A DNA stretch of 64,000 bases from Amphiscolops sp. MND2022 (lineage: Eukaryota): positions 24,616,001 through 24,680,000 of the forward strand of contig OZ076409.1 of NCBI GenBank assembly GCA_964187785.1, in the 5' to 3' direction. The notes below the pieces were generated by a model. It searched no databases. It saw only the letters and a program-made list of their open reading frames with translations, and was not told the DNA's origin. A program made the translations under genes and the position numbers. This document shows positions 23,401 to 33,998 of the stretch, one piece after another; the first letter of the stretch is position 1, and each line of letters starts with the position of its first letter.

Positions 23401-24768
23401 AGTCTTGACGAAACTTTCTTCAAAGACAAGTCATACGCAGCCAAGTTATTCTTGATCCGAAATGTGCTTCTACACTGTTAGTTCTCTTTTCGCGGTAGTT
23501 TATTTTGGTCGGTATTTGATACTGTTACTCAGGTTGTTTTTAATCGTTACTTGTGTTCAGACAACTCTGCTTTCAAAGGGGTGAATGGAGTTTCCCCTCC
23601 TGACGGTTTCCGAGTATACAGCGCCTTTACTACATTTGTCTACAGTCAGCTACAATTTATATTACCTGACTCCTTCCTTGGCAACATCTCCAATTGGGAT
23701 CATTTTATGTCCATTGATCTCACTTCTCCAGATCTACCTATAAAGTCTGTTGCGGATTTCATGCAAAACAAGGACTTTGCCAAACTTGTTGCAGAAAGTG
23801 ATTTGCCGACCCCCACTCGGTTCGTTGAACAAGCAATATGTTTTTATAAAAACTTCTGCATCCTTCTTCTGAAGCATAAAGTTTCCAAGTCTAAGCTTGT
23901 CCGAGGATTTTCTGTGTTCGATGAAGCCGTTGTCCGTTACGGAGAAGAGCAGGACTATGCCCATGAATCTGAGTTACTTTGTGACTACTTGGTGCAGCAA
24001 AAATGGATATCTCACACAACCAAACCATTGGTCTTGAGCGAGTATGGAGCGTTTGTGGAGAAATTCAGATCCCAAAACATTTCTTATGAGGGAGAATGGA
24101 TCAGCTTTATGTCGAATTATTATGAACTTCAGTGTCGGGAGAATTTGTTTACAGTCTTCAAGCTGTGTACTCTGAGTTTGTCAGGGGTCCACATTATCCC
24201 TCCTGTTTTTACTGTTGAAATGCCCGAACTTGCATCTGATTTCCGTGAATTCCAGTCCTGTGTTAGGAGCATTCAGTCTTCTTTGGTTGGAGTGCCCAAT
24301 GTGTCTGAATTGTATGCCAACCCGAGAACTGTTTCTTCTGTTTTTTCTTTGCTCGGAAAAGGGCAGGCTCTACTAGAAGACGCTTATCTGTCAGTCTGGG
24401 ACCTTACTTCGTCATGTTCGTCCCGACGGCGGCTTATATTTAACCATTTCGATTCTCGGTACACTTGTACTATTTCCGATGAAGAGAAATCTTGGGTAGC
24501 GCTTCATGATAAGCCGCAATCAGCTAGTTCAAGTCCTGCTCAATCTCCTAAGACCCCTAGGCCTTCCAAATTTGTTGCTCCTACTCCCATTCAGAGCGGT
24601 CCAGAGCCAACTGGGGCAACAGGCAAGAACACCCGAAAATCTCCCGTGTTTGCAACATCTGCCCTTTCGAGTCCCCGATTTAGAGCGGACGTGCCGATCT
24701 TGCCAGAGTCCCAGCCTGTTGGGGTTAAGAAGTTAGTTGTCCGAAGGAAAGAAGGAGATAAGAACTGA
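20453..24768 (+). CDS. Five-exon antisense gene (~1054 aa): BED-type zinc finger + degenerate hAT-transposase-like body. Exons 20453-21705, 21780-22265, 23189-23323, 23395-23476, 23561-24768
   Basis: Four GT-AG introns (GTaagt/cgcAG, GTaatt/tttAG with CTAAC branch point, GTaatt/tccAG, GTtagt/ttcAG) join the ORF-track fragments in frame (phases 0,0,0,1). CRVC...HYRTDAH finger. One 1-nt frameshift at ~21584 and no internal stops. Confidence 0.75.
22484..22948. repeat. 40-bp tandem array (~11.5 copies) in intron 2 of the antisense gene
   Basis: Unit TTCTTCTTATGCTGTTTTCTCCTGAAAACCGCATAATG(G/A)T, preceded by a 69-bp-period duplication at 22378-22494. Confidence 0.95.
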
Positions 24769-25060
24769 AGAATTGACTTGAATTGACCATTGATGTTTCA
24801 TCTTGACTCTTGAATCTTCTATATTTTGCTGATTTGATGTCTGTTTTGTTTGTATGATTATTTTCTCTTTTTTGGCTGATTACGCCTCATTTGATGTTTT
24901 CATTTGCCTCATTTGATTTACCTCCAGTTTGGAGAGAAAAAAATGATAGCTTCCAATTTTGACTAGAAGTGAGATAAAGAACGAAGAAAAAACATGAGAG
25001 AAAGAAAGACGAAGGAGATCATAGTATATAATTCAGTCTCTGAGTCTCTTGATTTGTTTT

Positions 25061-28000
25061 TTAATATCTGTATGAGTCTGAGTAGTTTGGGTTAGGGTTT
25101 GGGCGTAGGTTATATTTTTCGCCTCTTGTGTTAATGGTTTCTTCAATGTGTGCGTCATTTTCTGGGTTGATTTCGGGAGTTTTTGGGGAATTTTGGGTAG
25201 GGTTTTCTCGAATGTCTTCTGGATTTCTGGAAGTTTCTGGAATGGGCTCATGGTTTTCATTTTCTGAGGAAGTTTTTTCGGTTATTTGAGGTTCTGTGTC
25301 GATCGCAGCAGGTTGTCCTGCTGGGATCCCCCCACTATTTTTTGAATTATCGAGGGAGGGAGGGTGGTATATTTTTGGTTGAGAAGTAGGTTCATATTCC
25401 ACTGTGTCTTCTTGTTGATCACAGATTTCGTGGTCAGTATCGAATGGACTGCTGCCAAAAGTACTGTCCCAAGTATGAGCATAAAGATCATCTTGTGAGA
25501 CAAGTGTATCCTCTTTCTGCCAGTCAGTTTCTCTGACAAAGTTATCTGCAAGAGGAGCTTCTGGAGTGTATTTTCGTAGTCTAATGCGGTGGAGTAGTTG
25601 GGTTTTATTCGTGCCCAATCTGCGAACAATATAATTATTGTTCGGTAGGACTTTTTCAACTTTATATGGACCAACCCAACGAAATTCACGAAAAGGTATC
25701 TTCGTTGCTTGTGTGTCAGCTTTTGGATTCAGGATAAAGCAAAAATCCTCTGTCGTTAGAGGTGATGCCTTTGCTTTCCTGTCGTAATATGCTTTATATT
25801 TGAGGTAAGATTGCATGATGTTTTTCTTCGTTTGATCGTGAAGTAAAGCAATCCTTCTTTGTACTTCCTCTGCTACCTCCGTTTGGGGTTGGAAGCGAGG
25901 ATTTGGGTTATACCCCAGTTTGAAGTCTAGTATGTTGTGCGGAATTCTTCCATGGAAGACCCGAGTAGGTTCACATCCAAGTGTTGCGTGGTAGGTTGTA
26001 TTATGGTTTAAGACTGCCAATGGTAGAAACTTGTGCCAATTGTTTCTAAATTCGCCAGTGGCTGCCTTAAGGTGCGCTTTAACTGATGCATGAGTACGTT
26101 CTAAGAGTCCAATTGTTTGGGCGTGTTTTGTCGTTGCATGTTTTAGTTCTATGTTCAGGACTGCAGCTACTTCTTTTGTTACCTGAGAATTAAATTGAGT
26201 GCCCATGTCGGTAATAATTGTTGTGGGTAGATATGTGTGTTTACACAAAATGTCCATGATGATTTTTGCCACTGCTGGAGCAGTGATTCTCGTGACTGGG
26301 TAGGCAAACAAATAGCGTGAGAACACGTCTATTGCGGTGATGATGTTGTCATATCCTCCGCTTGGTGGGAGATTGGGAAGGATGTCCATTTGTAGGATGT
26401 CCTCTGGGCCCAAATCCCATTCGGGGCAATTTAGTAGTTCCGTTTTAAGTAAGTCATTGTTGATCCGTTTGTTTTGGATGCACATTTGACATTTTGTCAC
26501 CCAATTTCGGATATATTTGGCGATGCACGGGTAGTAGTATTTTTGTCGTGCTTCTTGGATCATTTTGGTTATTCCCGGATGATTTGCGTTATGACCATGA
26601 AGGGCATGAAGGAATTCGTCCAGGAGTTGTTTGGGTAAAAGGATTTGATAATGGGATATAAACCCAGTGTCATTGTAGTATCTTCTTGTTAGGACATCTT
26701 GCTTGATTTCAATCCTTGTGATGTTTTGTAGATAATGTTTGTATCGGTAGTCTTGTGTGAATAGGGTTTCGTCGAAGGGTTCGCCTTCAATTTTGGCTCT
26801 CAAATTGCGTAGAACTTCATCATTGTTTTGTTCTAAACGTATTTTTGCATTGTCTTTGAAGTGTCCCTCCCCATAGTTGATGGTTCCCGCAGTGGGCTTG
26901 TGGAAGGTTTGGAGTTCAGACACTTCATTTTCTGGTTCATTGTGGGTTTCGGTTTTTGCTGATTGACGAATTGCTTCTTTTTCTTCCCATAATTGTTGTT
27001 CTGTGGGGCATTCACCGGGGAAAATATATAGGAGTTCCTCTTCGGCGACCCCAGTGGACTGTATGTTAACTTCTATTGCTTTTGTATTAACATCATTACG
27101 GATGTTCATTTCAAGTTTTTCTGTAGGGTTCCATTCAGCGCGCGATAGGAAGTCTGCAGCCGTATTCATGGCTCCGGCAACATGTGCAATGACGAAGTTG
27201 TATTGGAGGACGTAATCGCATGCGTTCCAAAGAGCCGGAGGAATGATTTTTGTTTGGAAAAAGCGTGTTACGGATCTAATATCTGTGAAGACGATAACAG
27301 GGAAGACGCTTCCCCACATTAAGTGTCCAAATTCAGAAAACGCAAAATAGATGGCTAGGAACTCTTTTGCGTATATTGACATTTTCAATTGGGTTGTGTT
27401 AAAAGTTTTTGAACCGAAAGCTATTGGAGCATAGGTTTTTCTTCTAGATTGTAGCTTTTGGTCGGGGTCATCTTCAATCATGATTGCATATCCTGCAGCT
27501 GTGAAGCTGGCATCGGTCATCAATATGAGTTGTTTATTTTTAATCGGTTGTTTCAGAGCAAGTTTGCATGATTGTTCCAGTTGTTGGTTGAGATTTTTGA
27601 ATGCTTCTAGAATTGTATCCGGAATGGAAAATTGTGATGTTTGTTTGAGCAATTTGAAAAAAGGAGTTAGTTTTTCTGATAGGCGAGGGATGTAGTTTCT
27701 GTAGTAGTTGAGAAACCCAATATATCTTTGGAGTGCTTTTTTGGATTTCGGAAGTTTAAGTTTTTGAAGGAATTGTTTGACTTTTTCGGTTTGGAGTGAG
27801 ACTCCTTGTGGGGTAATTGTTCGACCCAAGAAGTCAACTTGTTTGACTCCGAAATGGCATTTGGCCATCGTAAGCTTGAGTCCTGCTTTGCGTATGCATT
27901 CAAAGACTGTTTTGATGTTGATGCAAAGTTGGGTAGAATCATTTGCAGCAATGCCGAGGTCATCAACATATTGAGCGCACTGATCAGCTTTGATTGCCTT

Positions 28001-30051
28001 GTCCAAATATTCTCTCATAAAGGATGAGAAAGCAGACAGGGATCGGCTGAGTCCTTGTGCGAGGCGACGATATGCGAATGTTCGGCTCGCGAAGTTAAAG
28101 GCTAGCATCTGTATGGACTGATAGTCTGCCATTTGCAAACAATGGTATGCTTGAGAGCAATCGAGTTTGCAAAAAAGTTTTTTACCAGCCATATGTTGTG
28201 CTGCATCTGACAACGTGCTAACTGGGTGATTGTTGTTCACGTAGTCTTGAGTGATGAGGTTGTTGATTTTACGGAGGTCCACCAAAAGTCGAAGACGTCC
28301 ATTTGGTTTCCTCTGAGCAAAAATAGGGCTTTTGTATTTAGAGAACGGTAGGGTCGTGATGATTCCATAACGATGAAGAAGGGCCAGTTCAACAGTTATG
28401 TCGTCCTTGAGGTTGATGAGAGTAGGAAGACTTTGACTGTAGGCTGGTCGGTCATCATTCGGAGTCAGTTTGACCTTGAATTCTCTATTGGTACCTATAT
28501 CAAAACGATGTCTAGCGAAGATGTCGTGATATTGTACCAGAATGTCTTCTATGTGCTGTTTTTCGAATGGGCTCAGGGTGGTGTCTGTCCAGTCGAAGTG
28601 ACCGAGAAATTTCCTTCTTGATTCATCGTTGTCGTTTGGGTTTAATTGTTCTAGTTGTTTGAGTTCTAGTAGCTCATCATATATGCGTTGTTGTATTGGA
28701 GTATATGTGTCTGGGTCCCCAGGTTCTTCAGGCGTTGGGAACCAGTAAGTTTCTTGTTCGTCTGATGATTGATTTGTTTTCATCAATTGGTTGAGGTATA
28801 AATCTGTGTTTTCTATGTGTTGGTGCATCATGAATGTGAGGGTTGATGGATCAACAGGTTTGATGTGTTTAATCTGTTCTGGCGTGAGGACTCGGAAATC
28901 TGCCATTGTGTATCCGTTGGGATGGTGTAGGGCATATCCGAAAAGTTGATCACTTGGTAGCCCACTGCATTGTTATTAACCGTACTCAGGGAAGATGCAA
29001 TAAAAATATTTTCATGTTCTTCCATGTGTGAAGACGGAGTTACAATGCCTGTGGCATTGTGATCTATCAGGTGTGGCATTTTGCTGGAGATTGCAAGGGT
29101 TTCGCCAGGTTGTAGGGTATATGAAGTTTCTGTTAGAAGAGGTGTTGTTGTTCGGGTATTTGTTGTGTGATCTGGTCGTAGTTGCATGGACAAGTAGGGG
29201 AAGGTAATAATCCCCTGTTGTATATCAAACATAGCGTTGTGTCTTTGTAGGAAACACAGGCCGATTAATGGGTTGGGTAGCACCTTCATGACGATGAAGT
29301 TTTCTTGAAATTGGAAGTCTGCTACTTCAAACTGGAGTAAGACGGTGCCGATAGGTCGCTCAAGTTGACCATTGGCTACCATGATTTGAAAATTGGGTGC
29401 TGGACCAGTATCTTTTATGGCTTCGTTTGAAAGGAGCTTTATTTTGTTAAGGTCTTCTTCAGAGATGGCGCTTGTGAGTGCGCCGGTATCAATGAGTCCA
29501 TCCAGAGTTAATTTCTCGAAATCCATTGGGAAATAGTACATATGACGCTTCTTTTTGAGGGTAAGATTTGTAGAAAGGTTTAGGTATGCGACGTTATTAC
29601 CTTCATCTGTTGTGAGGTGGTTAAAAACGTCAGCATCAAGGAGGGGTTGTTTTCCATGAGACGCACTGAAGAGGGTTTTGGTTAATTCTGATGTGATGTC
29701 ATCGTCAGTTTGGGTTGTCGATGTAGATTGTACGTTTGATTGGTCAGTTTGTGTTTCTTGGGGTTGTGAGATTGTGGGTTGTTGATTTTGTATTTCGGGT
29801 TCAATTTCGGGTTCGAATATATGTCGTAGTAGATAATTATGTGGGGCATCTTTGAGTAAGTCATAGAGATCTTCCGTTGGAGTGTTTGGAATGGTATTTT
29901 GGGTGTCTGTAGTGTGAGAGTCGTTTTTATTAGTGTGGTGATCAAAGACTGTGGTTTTTATTGGTTTTGGGCTCTGCTGATGCTGCCAGTCATCAGTTGA
30001 GAGTTGTTTTTGTGGTGTTTCGTTTTGAAGGCGTGGCTTTATTAGTTTAAA
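25061..30051 (-). CDS. pol: Pol: protease, dUTPase-like segment, RT, RNase H, integrase with GPY/F motif (one 1-nt frameshift at ~28906)
   Basis: LIDTGALTSAI; YVDD; LMTDASFTAAG; HGHNANHPG...CQMC; QMDILP, TDMGTQF, GLLERTH; WVGPYKV. The frame is open from the slippery site at 30051 to the protease. Confidence 0.95.
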
Positions 30052-31705
30052 TCCTTCGATGTTGAAGGTTCAGGGGTTCGAGGGTTGATTGGTTTGTTTG
30101 ATTTTTTATATTCTTCGATTAGTTTTTTCTGGGTTTCAGTGAGTGTCCATTTAGGTGGACGATTTTCCATGTTAGCTCCAAGTAACAGTTTGGTTCCTCA
30201 TGACCAGGAGTGTTATAATGGGAACATCTTGGTGCATCTGGATCTTGATCCATTTTTTGTCGCTTTGCAAGTTTTGGGCACTCTTTTGCTATGTGGCCTT
30301 CATCCTTGCAGTATCGGCATTGGTTATCTTGAAGTGTGTTGTTGGGTACTGTGTTTGGGGTTTTTGTTTTTGTTTTTGTGTTTTGTGAGGGTGTTTTAGT
30401 GTTTTGGGTGTTGGTTTGTTTGACTGCCGTCATTTGAGTTTTCACTAGGGGCTCATCCGCTTCGAGTCCATTGAGCTCCATCTCTCTTTCTAGATGTTTC
30501 ACTATTTGTTCATAGGTACCGTTTTCGAGGTAAGCCTGGTTGATTGATTTTTTGAGATGAGGGGGCATTTTTGCATATATCAGGCTCTCAATCATCTGTG
30601 GTGCTGCTTCACCGAAAGCTTTTTCAGCGCTTTCTTGGAGGTCTTCAAGAAAGTCGGGTAGTTTTTGGTTTTCTGGTTGGAACATAAGTCTGTTAAATCT
30701 GTGTTTTGCTGAGGCGCTGGATTCGGGCTTAACATATTTCCTCCTGAAGACTACTAGTATGTCTTCAAGTGTTGTTGTCGGAGTTCTTTGAATGTTTTTG
30801 AAAGTTTTCAATGCTAGTCTTCTTAGATGAGCATGGAAATGGTTGATTTTCATGTCCTCCGTGAGGTGTGGTTGCATTTTGAGTGTTGTGTGGAAAAGGT
30901 CTTCAAAATACTCGAATTTTTCATTTTTCTCTAATTTCCCGTTGAAAGTAAGCGTATTCTTCGGGTGGAAAAGAGATGGTTCTGTATTTCTTCGTGCAAG
31001 ATTTTCGATTGCTATGGCAATTTGGCTGACGGGATCTGTTTGCTCAGGATGCTCGAGAGGAGTTTGTGCGTGTGGTCCTTGTGTATTTGTGATGTTGGAG
31101 TTAGTCGAACTTTGTCTCAGAATGTTCTTGGTAGGTCCTGTCACCATGTGATGATCGGCCTTCTCATGTCTGTTTTCATTTATAATGATGGATTCGTCCA
31201 ATGTGTTTTCAGTAATCCCAAGGGGAGTGTATGGTTGTCTTAATTCACTCATTTCAGATGGATAGACCCGATCATCCTGATTTTTATTTTTGTCTAGAGC
31301 TGTGTTTGATGCGTGTTTGTTTCTGAGACCCTTATTTTTAGAGTTAGAAGGACCAGGTTGGTTATTCTCGGCATCCTCCTCATCAGTTATTACTATGTAG
31401 TTTTTGTTTGTTCTAATCTCCTTAAGTATCTCTTCAAATTTGTTGTTTAGATGCTCTTCAATCTGCGACATCTTGTCGTTGTTCTGTTCTGTTAGTCTTT
31501 GCGAAATAACTTCTATCTCATTGCTTATTTGAGACGGTTCTGTTAGTTCACTGCCTAAGTTCCTGTCAAAAATATTGTTAACATTTTCAGAAACATTATT
31601 TAAAGTCGCATTACCTTGTGCTAAACTAGTTTCTGGTTTATTTTCGTCTCTGTCTGAAGACTGAGATGTAGTTCTTCTTGTCCTTCTATTCCTCCTGTTC
31701 CCCAT
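30042..31705 (-). CDS. gag: Gag (starts inside the 5' LTR; one 1-nt frameshift at ~30180)
   Basis: ORF 30119-31705 has a capsid-like region (LTFNGKLEKNEKFEYFEDLF...) and knuckles CRYCKDEGHIAKEC and CSHYNTPGHEEPNC. Adding one T continues the frame to STSKDLN-stop at 30042. Confidence 0.9.
30045..30051 (-). promoter_or_regulatory. Putative -1 ribosomal frameshift heptamer U UUA AAC at the gag/pol junction
   Basis: The minus strand GAT TTA AAC TAA ends gag; the -1 frame is open and in frame with the protease. Confidence 0.75.
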
Positions 31706-32971
31706 GTTGAAAACAGTTTTGATTGAAGAAAATCTTTGAATTTCAAAGATATAGGGTGAAATGAAAGTTGGGAATTATTTTACAGAAAAGAGAACTGTAA
31801 ATTCAGAAACTGCAAAGTTGTTTGGGTTTGAATTTGAACAACTGTTCTGTTCGAGTGTTATGTAGCGAATGATCGTGGAAAAAATGATTTTTAAGGGGGT
31901 CCTTCTCAAGTGATTTTATTGGGCGGTATTTTTAGTTGCATGACCATCAAATTTACTCAAATCATCATAACGTCATATATCTAGGGTCAAATGTTAAAAA
32001 TATGATATTACGTCAGACTCCTGGAAGGTCTAAATATAGCACTGGGACTCACAACAGCATAACACTAAGAATTCTGCAAATTATGCTGTTTTACATCATA
32101 ATGTAGTATATGCAGTCTCATGAAATCCTCATAATGCAGTATAATTTTACCAACTGAAATAAGAATCATTATGCTGCTTTTCAGTTAAAACTTCATACTG
32201 TTTTTGTCAGGTTTCCGCATATGCTGCTCCCGTATTGAAACGTCATGCTGTTTCCACGGGATTTCCGCATATGCTGTTTCCAATCTGAACCATCATGCTG
32301 TTTCTGCTAGATTTCCGCAAATGCTGTTTTTAACTCAAGTCGTCATGCTGTTTTTGTTGAATTTCCGCATAATGCAATACAAAGCATGAACTACACTGCG
32401 CATATAATCATTATGCTGTTTCTTTAATAAAACCGCATATGCTGTTTCTTTAACAAAACCGCATATGCTGCTTCATGAAAACCGCATAATGCCGCATAAT
32501 CAGTATCAAATAGATGTACTAGATCATTATGCTGGTTTCTAAATGAATCATCATACTGTTTTTGATCATTTTCTTCATGATTGAACTACAAACGCTCTGA
32601 TGTGGTACAGATGTATAAGACCATTGGATTTAATTCCTTTCTATGATTTAGGATGGTAAAACAAAGGTTTAGCACTGTATTGGTAACTTAGGTGTTACCT
32701 TTCCAGTTATTTTTCAATTAATCAAAGCACCTTATGGGTGAAACAATAACAACAGTAACGACATTCAGCAATCATCATTTTAGATGAAATGTACAAACGA
32801 AAGCAACATTTTATTAAACGAACAATAACCAACATTGTTTAAGTTTAAAATTTGAAATGTTCATTGAGTTCCTGTCCATATTCGGGTAGACAGCTACGAT
32901 GATGGGTAAACAGCGTTGACTGCTTCACTGATGTTGCACCCCGGACATCTCGCACGGGTAGGTCGGCGACA
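31147..32971 (-). repeat. 5' LTR (1825 bp) of the 17-kb element
   Basis: Direct repeat of 15925-17749; contains the gag start codon at 31705. Confidence 0.97.
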
Positions 32972-33940
32972 CTGGATGTGTGAAATTTTTTTGAAAAGGA
33001 GTGTGTCATAGCTTAATTGAGATATTGAGTGACTGACTCTGTGTGTAACTAAATAACGGAGAGGGTCTAACTTGGTTAATCCAATGACATAGAAGGGTTT
33101 GATGGACATATTTTGACCTGTGGAGTTGGACCTGTTACAAAAACGACCTAAAGTGTCAAAAGTTACAAAGATGTACTTATTATCCTATGTTGCAGAAGTT
33201 GCAGAAGACATTGGACCGTTGGTATCCATGGAGATTCATTATTCAAAAGGTGCGGCGTTTTCATACAATAAAAGACGAAGAGAAATATTGTGAGGTTGTA
33301 TAGAAAATTGTTTGTTTCACAGTTAACGCAGTCATGATAGAAAAATGAAAGCCTTAAAGGAGGATTCGGTAAGAAAAGAAGGTAATTGAACGTTTTCATT
33401 GATACTTTTCTACTAGTGTTGGCAAGAGTGAGATTGTTAGAAAGTCGATGAGAGGTCTTTGAATACGCGAGAGTTTGAAATGTATAATTGTATTAGGTGT
33501 GAGGTATTGTCAATATAATGATGTAAGAATTGTTCTAATTGGGTTTGGAGTTGAAGGTTTCTGTTTTCTGCGAAACCATTGGTAAAAAATGAAACAAGCC
33601 ATTCTCTTATTTGAGCTTGTAAAAATAATGGTAAGGTTACGAGTGTATCCGGAGGTAAGAAGAAATTGGAGGAGGTATTGGTAATGTATTTCCTTTATCA
33701 AGAAGAAGGAGAGTGAAATGATTTTTGTTTTCCGACCCCACAAATATATTTGGGGGAGGAAAATCATGATCTGTGACGCGTTTTTTTCCAAATTCTGCCC
33801 ACACTCCACTTGACTATCTCCATCCACTGGACTATCTCCAATGGAAACAGTAAAGAGAATGGATATTTCACTTGACAATTATACTTGACTATTTTTATAG
33901 TTAATATAGTCCAGTTGAAAGTTGACAATTTTAGTTACTA

Positions 33941-33998
33941 TGGCTCAGTAGGTAGTGCATTAGCCTCTCAGCCAGTAGCAAGCGGGTTCGAATCTCGC
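33941..33998 (+). other. tRNA-derived (SINE-like) head with Pol III A and B boxes; not an intact tRNA
   Basis: TGGCTCAGTAGG ... GGTTCGAATC followed by a T-run; no convincing acceptor stem. Confidence 0.5.

Larger units (their letters stand above)
15925..32971 (-). mobile_element. 17-kb Ty3/Gypsy LTR retrotransposon with 1.8-kb LTRs and two accessory genes
   Basis: TG...CA termini and perfect 5-bp TSD CTGGA (15920-15924, 32972-32976). PBS-like TGGTGACAGGACC abuts the 5' LTR (to 31146). gag-pol is on the minus strand. Confidence 0.97.

Noticed and set aside
20453..24768. env gene, or an intact nested hAT transposon
   Set aside because: Antisense and spliced, with no signal peptide/TM anchor pattern. 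No TIRs or 8-bp TSD were seen, and catalytic motifs are degenerate.
33941..33998. Functional tRNA gene
   Set aside because: A and B boxes are present but I could not fold an acceptor stem or full cloverleaf.
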